A DNA stretch of 64,000 nucleotides, from contig JBKQWB010000038.1 of the NCBI GenBank assembly GCA_052139735.1, forward strand, positions 37,766 to 101,765, read 5' to 3'. The translations under genes were made by a program, and so were the position numbers. Below, in pieces: positions 18,578 to 28,565 of the stretch (positions are counted from its first letter, which is position 1; the number at the start of each line of letters is the position of its first letter). The notes under the pieces were generated by a model that saw only the letters and a list, made by a program, of their open reading frames with translations, had not been told where the DNA came from and did no database searches. This DNA comes from Smithella sp. (GTDB lineage Bacteria; Desulfobacterota; Syntrophia; Syntrophales; Smithellaceae).

Positions 18578-19408
18578 TTGAATATCACAAAAATTATTCT
18601 CAAGCTTTTTTTCTGGCGCGACAATAAATATATGAAAAATAAAATTGACGCCGTATTGGTTAGAGCGCAGAAAAGCGGTCTGGTAGATCCTTCCTCGCGG
18701 GAAATAATTGAAAATATTTTAGAGTTTACCCATACTTTAGTACGTGAAATAATGATTCCACGTACGGAGATCGTTGCTGTAAGCACGGAGGCGGCGATTG
18801 ATGAAATTATCAATGAAGTAATCGCATCAAGACATACGCGTATTCCTGTATATAGGGATACTATTGATAATATTATCGGCATCTTAAATGTTAAAGACGT
18901 CCTTAAATTCTGGTCGAAGCAAATTACCAAAGAAGATATATTAGCTTGTTTAAGTAACCCGTATTATATTCCTGAGACAAAAAATACCCATTTATTGTTT
19001 TATGAATTAAAAGAAAATAAAAAACATATGGCAATCGTTATTGATGAGTATGGTGGAACAGCCGGTTTGGTAACATTGGAGGATCTACTCGAAGAAATTG
19101 TCGGAGAAATCCGTGATGAACACGAAACGAATACGGCTACCGATGGAATTTTCCAATCACCGGATGGATCATTAATATTCGATGGCCGGATGGAAATCGA
19201 GAAAATTGAAGAGCACTTAAATATTAACTTGAAAAAAGGCAGATATGAGACGCTAAGTGGTTTAATCCTGAATTCGACTAAAAGAATTCCTCTATCCGGA
19301 GAAAAATTTCAAATAGAAAACATGGAAATTACAATCGAAAATGCTGATGAACGCAGTATTAAAAGAGTAAAAATTAAGAAAATAAAGACAAATGGTATGA
19401 ATGAATAA
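18578..19408 (+). CDS. corC: CBS-pair plus CorC/HlyC C-terminal domain protein (Mg/Co efflux-associated, YbeX/CorC family)
   Basis: 276 aa with [43 protein letters not shown] and a C-terminal transporter-associated domain. It is followed by lnt, as in the enterobacterial ybeX-lnt arrangement. The start could be the ATG 17 codons downstream. Confidence 0.8.
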   Translation: MNITKIILKLFFWRDNKYMKNKIDAVLVRAQKSGLVDPSSREIIENILEFTHTLVREIMIPRTEIVAVSTEAAIDEIINEVIASRHTRIPVYRDTIDNIIGILNVKDVLKFWSKQITKEDILACLSNPYYIPETKNTHLLFYELKENKKHMAIVIDEYGGTAGLVTLEDLLEEIVGEIRDEHETNTATDGIFQSPDGSLIFDGRMEIEKIEEHLNINLKKGRYETLSGLILNSTKRIPLSGEKFQIENMEITIENADERSIKRVKIKKIKTNGMNE

Positions 19409-20999
19409 TAACACCAAAACCATCAATGCTTTTCAATCAGGTTCAAACAGTTTATTCACACGCAATACGGTTTTTTTAGCTGTTTTAAGCGGCATGTTCT
19501 TATTTTTATCTTTTCCAAAGTACGGTTCCGGCCTGCTTGCCTGGATAGCTTTCATTCCTCTTTTTTTCTCTCTAAAGAAAGCTGCCACATTTACTCAGGG
19601 ATTGCTTTTAGGTTTTATCACTGGAATTGTCAGCTATACCGGAATAATTTATTGGATTGCATTTGTACTTGTAAATTATGGTTATCTTCCTTTATATACC
19701 GCTATTGTTTTAATGTTGCTTCTTGCCTGCTATCTAAGTATTTATATTGCTTTGTTTGCCGGATGCATTGTATATTTCCGGGAGAGATTACCTCTTTATT
19801 TAACTGCGCCAGTTTTGTGGGTTTGTTTTGAGTATGGTAAATCATTTCTGCTTACAGGTTTTCCCTGGGAAAATCTTGGTTATTCCCAGTATCTGAATAC
19901 TTACCTTCTTCAATTTGCCGATGTTGCCGGTGTGTTTGGTTTATCTTTTTTAATAGTTTTAATTAATGCAACTGTATTTGAAGTTATCGATAAAAGATCC
20001 AAGAAAGAATATATAATAGCTAGTGTTGTTTTTCTTATATTGGCCGGAGCATATGCTTATGGTATTTGCCGTTTAGATCAAGTTAATAAATCCGTACAAA
20101 ATTCGCCTGGCATGGAAGTATCGTTAATACAGGGCAACATAGATCAGTCTATAAAATGGGATGAAAATTTCAAGAGAGAAACATTAAACAAATATGAGCA
20201 ACTTTCTTTAAATAGTTTACCGGGAAATGGAAGTTTAATTGTCTGGCCGGAAACGGCGGCTCCATTTTATTTTCAAGATATAAATAGTTTGCACAATCAG
20301 ATTATAAATTTGTCGCGTAAAACGAAAAGCTGGTTATTATTTGGTTCTGTAAGTAGTTCGCAAAAGAAAAACACTAATGATAGTTTCAACAGCGCGTATT
20401 TGGTTTCTCCGGAAGGTGATGTTAAAGGCAGGTATGATAAAGTTCATCTTGTTCCCTATGGCGAATATGTGCCGTATCGAGATATTTTCCCGTTCGTTAA
20501 GAAATTAACTGCCGGTATCGGTGACTTGGGACGAGGAGCCGGATTTAATCCGTTATCTTTGGATAATAAAAAAATTGGAATTTTGATATGTTACGAAAGT
20601 GTATTGCCGTTTGCCGCCAGAATGTATAAAAACAATTCTGCCGGTTTATTGGTTAATATTACCAATGATGCCTGGTTCGGTACAACCTCAGCGCCTTTTC
20701 AGCATTTCTCCATGGCAGTTTTTAGATCAGTGGAGACGCGACTCTATTTGGTAAGAGCTGCCAATACCGGAATTTCCGGAATTATTGATCCCGGTGGTCA
20801 TATCGTTGCAGAAACAAAAATTTTTCAAAATGATGCCTTGAAAGGTTACGTAAAATTTGTCAACATACCAACTTTTTACGCCAAACATGGTGATATCTTA
20901 GTAACAGTCTGTTTTGTGTTAATTATCTTTTATTTTTTAATTAGTTTAAAAGGGAGGGTCAGAAATGTCAGTCGAAAATATGCAGGAAGCAGTAATTAA
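19401..20999 (+). CDS. lnt: Apolipoprotein N-acyltransferase
   Basis: 532 aa. It has a polytopic N-terminal membrane part and a C-terminal nitrilase-fold domain (WPETA, ILICYES, NITNDAWFG). Confidence 0.9.
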   Translation: MNNNTKTINAFQSGSNSLFTRNTVFLAVLSGMFLFLSFPKYGSGLLAWIAFIPLFFSLKKAATFTQGLLLGFITGIVSYTGIIYWIAFVLVNYGYLPLYTAIVLMLLLACYLSIYIALFAGCIVYFRERLPLYLTAPVLWVCFEYGKSFLLTGFPWENLGYSQYLNTYLLQFADVAGVFGLSFLIVLINATVFEVIDKRSKKEYIIASVVFLILAGAYAYGICRLDQVNKSVQNSPGMEVSLIQGNIDQSIKWDENFKRETLNKYEQLSLNSLPGNGSLIVWPETAAPFYFQDINSLHNQIINLSRKTKSWLLFGSVSSSQKKNTNDSFNSAYLVSPEGDVKGRYDKVHLVPYGEYVPYRDIFPFVKKLTAGIGDLGRGAGFNPLSLDNKKIGILICYESVLPFAARMYKNNSAGLLVNITNDAWFGTTSAPFQHFSMAVFRSVETRLYLVRAANTGISGIIDPGGHIVAETKIFQNDALKGYVKFVNIPTFYAKHGDILVTVCFVLIIFYFLISLKGRVRNVSRKYAGSSN

Positions 21000-22090
21000 T
21001 TTGAAAAAAAGAATAAAGTACATAGGGGACTGTCTTTGACGTTTCTGAAATGAAACTTAAAATAAAAGATTTAGAAGATTTGTCTTTAAAAAAAGACTTT
21101 TGGAATGATCAGGATAAAGCTCGTGAAGTTTTGCAAAAAAAGGCAAAACTTGCAGAAGCAGTGGATAAATGGGAAAAGTTTAATAACGAAATAAACGATA
21201 TCGAAAATATCGGAAGCATTGCCCTTCAGGAAAAAGATGAGCAAGTCCTGAATGATCTGACCGCTGAATTGGAGCAATTGAATTTGGCTGTTAATCAGGA
21301 AGAACTTAAAATGATGCTTAACAGCGATCAGGATTCCATGAATGCTATTGTTTCCATACATGCCGGAGCAGGTGGAACAGAAGCGCAGGATTGGGCGGAA
21401 ATGTTGTTACGCATGTACTTACGCTGGGCGGAAAAAAAGAAATTTATTACAAAAATAATCGATTCTCTTGCCGGAGATGAAGCCGGTATTAAAAGTGTAT
21501 CATTTACTATGGAGGGAGAATATGCTTACGGTTATGCTAAAGCGGAAATAGGCATTCACCGGTTGGTCCGTATTTCTCCTTTCGATGCCAGCGCGCGTCG
21601 TCATACATCATTTGCATCTGTTTTTGTTTATCCTGAAGTAGATGACGAAATTAAAATTGAAATTAACGAAGATGATCTGCGCATTGATACTTTTCGCGCG
21701 GGCGGCAAAGGCGGTCAGCATGTAAATAAAACTGATTCGGCCGTAAGAATTACCCACTTGCCTACAGGTATAGTTGTGCAATGTCAAAACGAGCGTTCCC
21801 AGTATCAAAATAAAGCAATGGCCATGAAGTTTTTAAAATCACGGCTTTATGAGAGGGAACTCCAGTTGAAAAATGAAAAGATTGATGAAGAAAATAAATT
21901 GAAAAAAGATATTGCATGGGGAAGCCAAATCAGATCTTACATTCTGCATCCTTATAAAATGGTTAAAGATCACCGGACAAATCTGGAAAATAACAATGCC
22001 AATAAAGTCCTGGATGGTGATATTGATGAATTTATTCAAGCCTATCTCATGAATACAACAAATCATTCTTCAATTAACAGAGGCGACTGA
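20965..22090 (+). CDS. prfB: Peptide chain release factor 2, with programmed +1 frameshift
   Basis: Frame 0 starts at the ATG at 20965 (RBS AGGGAGGG) and encodes MSVENMQEAVINLKKRIKYIGDCL up to CTT TGA C at 21034-21040, preceded by the SD-like AGGGGA. The +1 frame continues DVSEMKLKIKDL... and contains SPF and GGQHVNKTDSAVR (GGQ motif). Confidence 0.93.
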
Positions 22091-22260
22091 TCAATAGATT
22101 AATTTACAGGATGATTGTATCTGATAATTGATAATCATTTAGTTTTGGGAAAAAATAAAAACTATGCTATATGATAATGTGCGTGTATTTTATTAATGCG
22201 ACTATGAAATTTGAACATGGAAATTTGAACATGTTTTGAAAAAACAAAGGAGTTGTTTCA

Positions 22261-24192
22261 ATGGTTAGAACCAAAAGCGACTGTGTTGCTTATATTATTA
22301 TATTTAGTTTGATTTTTGCTCTTCCTCTGTTTGGTTGTGCGGAAAATATTGCTGATAAAAGAGCTGATAGAAATATTGTAGTCGCCACAAGCGCCGAGAT
22401 TACAAAACAAACAGTAAAAGAAGATCCATCTATAAAAGCAGATAGTGATGTTAATGATCAAGATGAAGAAAATAAATTGGTGAATTTAAAATCGGACACC
22501 GACTCAACACAACAAAACCAAATCAGCGAAGAGAAACAAGATCTAATGGAAAAAGCATTGGAACTGCTGGATCTTGCCGATAAACTCTGGGAGAAGGGAG
22601 ATATAGAAAAAACTTTAGATACTCTGGACGAGGCTTATTCTTTGCTCCTTGACGCTAATGGTGATGTGAGCATTGCTCAGGAGAAAGATGATTTGCGTCT
22701 TTTAATTTCCAGACGCATTCTGGCTGTTTATTCGTCCAAGCATACGATCATTAGCGGGAAGAATAGTGAAATACCGTTAACCATGAATGCTGATGTGGAA
22801 AAAGAAATCAAATCTTTTCAAGGGCTGGAACGTGATAACTTTATTGCTGCTTATCAGCGTTCGGGCATATACCGTTCTGCTATATTGAAAGAATTAAAAA
22901 AAGCAGGAATTCCGGAAGAGTTTTTATGGCTTCCACTGGTTGAGAGTTTTTTCAAAATTAATGCTTATTCCCGTGCCCGTGCGTTAGGTTTATGGCAATT
23001 TATACCGTCAACGGGATATAAATTTGGTCTCACTCGCGATGAGTGGGTTGATGAACGTATGGATGTGCAAGAATCTACTAAAGCGGCTATTGCTTACTTA
23101 AAAGAATTGCATAGCATGTTTGGCGACTGGCTTACAGTTCTGGCTGCTTATAATTGCGGAGAGGGAAGGGTGCTCAGGGTTATATCCATGCAGCATATTA
23201 ATTACATGGATGGGTTTTGGGATTTATACAGACAACTGCCAAATGAAACGGCTCGCTATGTTCCTCGATTTCTCGCAACATTGCATATAGTCAAAAATCC
23301 GCAAAAGTATGGATTTGATGATTTAAGCAATACAGAAAAACCAATTGCCTTTGAGACCGTCAAAGTTAATAAAATGATGAAACTTAAAGATATTGCGGAA
23401 AAAATTGAAATATCGGAAGATGTATTAAATTTACTTAATTCAGAGTTAAGATATAAGATAACTCCGGATCATGAATATAATTTAAAACTTCCCGAAAAAT
23501 CTCTGGATAAGTTCAATTTGGTCGCCAATGACATTCCCCAGGCTGAAAAGCCTCATTTTGTGTCTGATCGTCCTGATTTTGTAAAACATAAGGTAAAAAG
23601 GGGTGAGACGATTTATTCGATTGCCAAAAAATACGATGTTTCTGTTTCCATGATAGCATCATGTAACAGATTAGGTTCTAAAAGGAAACTGGTCAGGGGA
23701 AGAAGAATTACAATTCCAATAACAAAGAAAAGAAACTATGCGGAAGGCAAATCACATCAAAAAAATTATCGGAAAGAAATTGCATCTTCAGGGCGATACA
23801 AGGTTAAAAAAGGAGAAACCCTTTCAATGATTTCCCGCCGTTTTTCAATTCCATTGGTTGAATTGAAGGAAATTAACAACTTAAAGACCGGGAAAATCGC
23901 TGCCGGCCAAATGTTGAAGCTTTCACAAAACAAAATCAAAGCTAATTTAGAAGATGAAGATGACAACGAAAAGAATGTAAAAAAGTCAGTTAAAAAATCC
24001 AAGATAAAAAAACGGGTACTATCTGCAAGTGATGTAGATAAATTAGGAACGAACAAATATATTGTCACTAAGAATGATAATTTACATAGTATTGCCAAAA
24101 AGAATAATATAAATGAAGCCAAGCTCTTGGAATTAAATAAGATATCCATTCATGAGAAAATTGTTCCGGGACAAATATTGGTTGTTAAATAA
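22261..24192 (+). CDS. mltD: Membrane-bound lytic murein transglycosylase D-like lipoprotein with three LysM domains
   Basis: 643 aa. Lipobox LPLFGC, the SLT catalytic region VESFFKINAYSRARALGLWQFIPSTG, and three C-terminal LysM repeats (HKVKRGETIYSIAKKY, YKVKKGETLSMISRRF, YIVTKNDNLHSIAKKN). Confidence 0.85.
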   Translation: MVRTKSDCVAYIIIFSLIFALPLFGCAENIADKRADRNIVVATSAEITKQTVKEDPSIKADSDVNDQDEENKLVNLKSDTDSTQQNQISEEKQDLMEKALELLDLADKLWEKGDIEKTLDTLDEAYSLLLDANGDVSIAQEKDDLRLLISRRILAVYSSKHTIISGKNSEIPLTMNADVEKEIKSFQGLERDNFIAAYQRSGIYRSAILKELKKAGIPEEFLWLPLVESFFKINAYSRARALGLWQFIPSTGYKFGLTRDEWVDERMDVQESTKAAIAYLKELHSMFGDWLTVLAAYNCGEGRVLRVISMQHINYMDGFWDLYRQLPNETARYVPRFLATLHIVKNPQKYGFDDLSNTEKPIAFETVKVNKMMKLKDIAEKIEISEDVLNLLNSELRYKITPDHEYNLKLPEKSLDKFNLVANDIPQAEKPHFVSDRPDFVKHKVKRGETIYSIAKKYDVSVSMIASCNRLGSKRKLVRGRRITIPITKKRNYAEGKSHQKNYRKEIASSGRYKVKKGETLSMISRRFSIPLVELKEINNLKTGKIAAGQMLKLSQNKIKANLEDEDDNEKNVKKSVKKSKIKKRVLSASDVDKLGTNKYIVTKNDNLHSIAKKNNINEAKLLELNKISIHEKIVPGQILVVK

Positions 24193-24242
24193 ATATTATG
24201 GAGAATAGAGTCTATTTTGGAAAACAGGTTAATTAATTTTTC

Positions 24243-24365
24243 TTGACAATTTAGTTGTGTTTGTGTTAAAAAGGGCTAAATTCGCTTGGATCTGAAAGGA
24301 CTGAGACGAAAGGAAAACTTAGAGAACATTTTAAAACCTTTCGTCTTCCGACGGAAGGTTTTTTT
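24243..24365 (+). promoter_or_regulatory. Promoter plus attenuator-like leader upstream of panCD
   Basis: TTGACA at 24243-24248 with an extended -10 (TGtTAAAAA around 24264-24272). An intrinsic terminator, cctttcgtc-ttcc-gacggaagg plus T7 (24337-24365), ends 8 nt before the panC ATG. The upstream segment agacgaaagg (24304-24313) is exactly complementary to the 5' terminator arm, giving an alternative pairing. Confidence 0.55.
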
Positions 24366-24373
24366 AGTTTAAG

Positions 24374-25231
24374 ATGAGAATTATTAATTCAATAAAACAA
24401 ATGCAATCTTTTTCAAAAAGTCTCAGGATGGATGGGAAAAAAATAGCATTTGTTCCCACCATGGGTTACTTTCACGAAGGTCATCTTTCCCTTATGAAAG
24501 AAGCGAAAAAAATGGCTGATTGCTTAGTCGTCAGCATTTACGTGAATCCCACGCAATTCGGTCCCAAGGAAGATTTCTCAAAATATCCCCGCGATTTAGA
24601 TCGTGATTTGAAAATGGCTGAAAGTGTAAATGTTGATGTGATATTTTATCCGCCGGATAAGGAAATGTATCCCGCGAATTATCAAACCTATGTTGATGTG
24701 GAAAAAGTAACTCAGAACCTGTGTGGAATGTCACGTCCGAGACATTTTCGCGGCGTTGCCACTGTCTGTAATAAATTATTCAACATTGTTAAACCTGATT
24801 TTGCCATTTTCGGAAAGAAAGATTTTCAACAGTTTGTTACTATAAAAAGAATGGTTGACGATCTCAATATAGACATTCAAATAGTAGGTTCACCCACAGT
24901 GCGCGAGTCAGACGGACTGGCAATGAGTTCCCGTAATAAATACCTTAACAAAGATGAAAGAAAGTCCGCCTTAACTTTATTCAAGGCTCTAAAATTGGCC
25001 CAAAAACTTTATTCAAATGGAGAAAAAAAATCATCAGTAATCATAACTGAAGTGGAGAAATTAATTAAAAGAGCTTCATTTACCGCAATCGATTATATTA
25101 AAATATGCGACACCAGGACGCTTAAAGATGCTGATAAAATTAAAAATCAGTCCGTTATAGCGTTGGCCGTAAAAGTTGGTAATACAAGACTGATCGATAA
25201 CCATGTTTTTGGTGAAAAACTGGATAGATAA
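24374..25231 (+). CDS. panC: Pantoate--beta-alanine ligase
   Basis: 285 aa with [19 protein letters not shown], the HIGH-type motif of PanC, and GLAMSSRN. Confidence 0.93.
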   Translation: MRIINSIKQMQSFSKSLRMDGKKIAFVPTMGYFHEGHLSLMKEAKKMADCLVVSIYVNPTQFGPKEDFSKYPRDLDRDLKMAESVNVDVIFYPPDKEMYPANYQTYVDVEKVTQNLCGMSRPRHFRGVATVCNKLFNIVKPDFAIFGKKDFQQFVTIKRMVDDLNIDIQIVGSPTVRESDGLAMSSRNKYLNKDERKSALTLFKALKLAQKLYSNGEKKSSVIITEVEKLIKRASFTAIDYIKICDTRTLKDADKIKNQSVIALAVKVGNTRLIDNHVFGEKLDR

Positions 25232-25257
25232 TATTTAGCAAGGAGAAATTAATTACT

Positions 25258-25617
25258 ATGCAGAGATTTATGTTAAAATCAAAAATTCATCGCGCCACGG
25301 TAACGGATGCCGATTTGCATTATGAAGGAAGCATTTCTATTGATGAAAAGCTTATGGAGGAAGCACAAATAGTTCCTTATGAACAAGTTGCGATATACGA
25401 CGTAGACAATGGAGAAAGGTTTACGACTTACGCCATTAAAGGCAAACGCAATTCCGGAACAATTTGTCTCAATGGAGCGGCTGCCCGTAAAGTGGCTAAA
25501 GGAGATTTAATCATCATTGCCTGTTATGTTCTTGCCGAAGACGAAGAGGCAGTTAAATGGACGCCTAAATGTGTTTTTGTTGATAGTAAAAACAAAATAA
25601 AGAAATTAAAAAAGTAA
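25258..25617 (+). CDS. panD: Aspartate 1-decarboxylase
   Basis: 119 aa. [25 protein letters not shown] contains the G-S self-cleavage site. Confidence 0.93.
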   Translation: MQRFMLKSKIHRATVTDADLHYEGSISIDEKLMEEAQIVPYEQVAIYDVDNGERFTTYAIKGKRNSGTICLNGAAARKVAKGDLIIIACYVLAEDEEAVKWTPKCVFVDSKNKIKKLKK

Positions 25618-25813
25618 CCGATAATTTAGCAGTATTAAATTAAGCATTTGATATTTTTCAAAAATAATTGAAAAATATTTGTCCGTCATTTTCATTTTAT
25701 CAATCAATATTACAGCAATAATAAAAAGGTTAGACTCATTTAAGCAGATGTGTTAATCACACAATTTAAATTTAAGTTGTTTAAATATAAAATAGGCACA
25801 AGGAGATTAACGA

Positions 25814-27001
25814 ATGCAAATTACTTCCGAGAGTGTAAAGGTTGGACATCCTGATATAGTTTCCGATTCAATCGCCGCAAACATTATTGCGGAAATATTG
25901 AAAGAAGAGCATAAAATAGGCATGGATATAAATTCCATGCCGCACTGCGGCCTGGAAATATTTCTGGGTAAAGGTCTTTGCGTTATCGGCGGAGAAATTT
26001 CCACGCGGGTTTACATCGATGTTGAAAAAGTCGCTCGGCAGACAGTTTTAAATATAGGTTATAACGATTATGCGCTTGGTCTCAACGGCAATTCAATGGG
26101 TATACTCAATGCTATCATTCCACAGTCGCCTGATATCAACATCGGGAGCAGAGCTGATTTAGGTAAACACAAAGAAATCGGAGCGGGTGATCAGGGAATT
26201 ATTTATGGATTTGCCTGTGATGAAACACCTGAATTGCTGCCGCTGCCTTACGTTTTAGTTAACAGAATGATGCGCGCGTTTGAAGATTGCGGAAATTTAT
26301 TTTTCGCGCCCGATGGAAAAGGGCAGGTAACAGTGGATTATGACAGTAACTGGCGGCCCCAAAGAGTAGCGACGGTGCTTATGTCGAACGCAATAGACTA
26401 TAGACATGTTCCCGCTAAATCCCGTTTTGTGGTTGAAAAAGAGGCACGCAAAATCGCCATGAATTGCCTGAGCGATTGGACTGATGATAAAACAAAATTC
26501 CTTTTTAACCCGACCGGCGAATGGCAGGCGATTAATTCATGTTCGGCCGCGGATTCCGGAGTTACGGGACGCAAGCTGGTTGTGCAGCTCTATGGAGGTT
26601 ATCCGGGGGCTCAGCTGGGCGGAGGCGCGATAGTAAATAAAACACCGGAGAAGGTCGATTGTTCCGCTGCTTTCGGTTCACGCTATGTGGCTAAAAACAT
26701 TGTCGCCGCGGGATTGGCGACAAAGTGTTCCGTGCAACTTGCTTACGCAATTGGTATCGCAAAGCCAATTTCTATTTACATAAACACATTCGGTACGGGT
26801 AAGGTTTCTGATGAAAAAATTGCTTCGGTTGTAAACAAAGTATTTAATTTAACTCCCGAGGGTATGATTAAAAAATTCGATCTGCTCAATAGTGAACGAT
26901 TCAGAAAATTACCCAAGACATTCTTTTTGGATATGAGTTATCCCTGGGAAAAAACAGATAAGGCTAAAGAACTTAAAGCGGCGTTGGCAATTAAAAAATA
27001 A
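25814..27001 (+). CDS. metK: S-adenosylmethionine synthetase (divergent bacterial-type MetK)
   Basis: 395 aa with [27 protein letters not shown], and [34 protein letters not shown], which aligns to the E. coli [34 protein letters not shown]. Confidence 0.85.
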   Translation: [395 protein letters not shown]

Positions 27002-27013
27002 ACAGTTATCTTG

Positions 27014-27050
27014 CCGGTATAATTAAAATCGCTTGTTTTAATTATATTGG
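27014..27050 (+). other. Long AT-rich hairpin between metK and ahcY
   Basis: ccggtataattaaaa (27014-27028) pairs with ttttaattatattgg (27036-27050) over 15 bp including two G-U pairs. The loop is tcgcttg. No T-tract follows. Confidence 0.5.
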
Positions 27051-27084
27051 CTTTAATGAATCGGTAAATTGATCTGGAGGCAAA

Positions 27085-28509
27085 ATGGCTTTTCTGGAAA
27101 TTAACCCGGCTTTGAAATATAAAGTAGCGGATATTTCACTGGCATCGTGGGGTAGAAAAGAAATACAACTGGCGGAAAACGAAATGCCCGGTCTTATGGC
27201 TGTACGCAAAAAATACGGACAGAGGAAGCCATTAAAGGGATTGAAGATCATGGGCAGTCTGCATATGACTATTCAGACCGCGATGCTTATTGAAACGCTC
27301 AAGGTATTGGGCGCTGATATTCGCTGGGCGTCCTGCAATATATTTTCCACTCAGGATCATGCGGCGGCCGCGATAGCAAAAAACGGTTCGGCGGCTGTTT
27401 TCGCGTGGAAAGGCGAATCGCTGGAAGAATACTGGTGGTGCACAGAACAGGCTCTTATCTGGCCGGATGGCTCAGGTCCTGATTTAATAGTTGACGACGG
27501 CGGCGATGCGACATTATTTATTCATCGGGGAGTAAAGTTTGAAAGAAATCCCAAACTGCTTAAAGAAAAAATTGACAATAAGGAATTTAAAATTATTGTT
27601 TCGCGTCTGGAAAAATCGGTAAAACGTGATGCGGATAGATGGCAAAAAATAGCCGCTAAAATTCGCGGAGTTTCCGAGGAGACAACCACAGGCGTGCACA
27701 GGCTTTATCAGATGCAGGCTGCCGGGGAGCTTTTATTTCCGGCAATAAACGTTAACGATTCGGTTACTAAATCAAAATTCGATAATTTATATGGTTGCCG
27801 TGAATCGCTTGCCGATGGGATCAAGAGAGCTACCGATATCATGATTTCGGGGAAAGTCGTTGTTGTTTGCGGTTATGGAGATGTCGGTAAAGGCTGCGCC
27901 CAATCCATGAGGGGATTTGGCGCACGGGTGATTATCAGTGAAATTGATCCCATCTGTGCCCTGCAGGCGGCAATGGAAGGATATGAAGTTAGAGCCCCGG
28001 AAGAAGTGGCGTCTACAGGAGATATCTTTGTTACGGCGACCGGCTGTTGCGATGTCATTACCGGCTGGCATATGGAAAAAATGAAAAATGAAGCTATCGT
28101 CTGTAATATCGGCCATTTTGACAGCGAAATAGACATGCACTACCTGGAAACAAGTAAAATTTGTAAGAAAGAAAATATCAAACCGCAGGTTGATAAATGG
28201 AAGCTCAAATCAGGGCGTTTCATAATAATTTTGGCCGAAGGCCGTCTGGTTAATTTAGGTTGCGCCACAGGTCATCCCAGCTTTGTCATGAGCAACAGTT
28301 TTACCAATCAGTGTCTGGCGCAAATTGAATTAGCCACTAAAAAACATAAAGCAGGGGTGTTTACTCTTCCCAAAATACTTGATGAAGAAGTCGCGCGTCT
28401 GCATCTGGAAAGACTGGATGCAAGATTGACCAAACTTACGAAAAAACAGGCCGATTACCTGGGAATTTCCGTGGGAGGTCCGTTTAAACCGGACTACTAC
28501 AGATACTGA
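27085..28509 (+). CDS. ahcY: Adenosylhomocysteinase
   Basis: 474 aa with [27 protein letters not shown], the NAD fold [14 protein letters not shown], and the C-terminal [10 protein letters not shown]. Confidence 0.95.
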   Translation: MAFLEINPALKYKVADISLASWGRKEIQLAENEMPGLMAVRKKYGQRKPLKGLKIMGSLHMTIQTAMLIETLKVLGADIRWASCNIFSTQDHAAAAIAKNGSAAVFAWKGESLEEYWWCTEQALIWPDGSGPDLIVDDGGDATLFIHRGVKFERNPKLLKEKIDNKEFKIIVSRLEKSVKRDADRWQKIAAKIRGVSEETTTGVHRLYQMQAAGELLFPAINVNDSVTKSKFDNLYGCRESLADGIKRATDIMISGKVVVVCGYGDVGKGCAQSMRGFGARVIISEIDPICALQAAMEGYEVRAPEEVASTGDIFVTATGCCDVITGWHMEKMKNEAIVCNIGHFDSEIDMHYLETSKICKKENIKPQVDKWKLKSGRFIIILAEGRLVNLGCATGHPSFVMSNSFTNQCLAQIELATKKHKAGVFTLPKILDEEVARLHLERLDARLTKLTKKQADYLGISVGGPFKPDYYRY

Positions 28510-28565
28510 TACCAATAGCCGGCTCAATAACATCTTTGATTTGAAATTGGTATATGTTGTAAAAT

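Noticed and set aside
25618-27084. Possible SAM riboswitch upstream of metK or SAH riboswitch upstream of ahcY
   Set aside because: I read both upstream regions. They are AT-rich and show no multi-stem GC-supported architecture or conserved cores. Only a simple hairpin was found, and it is reported separately.
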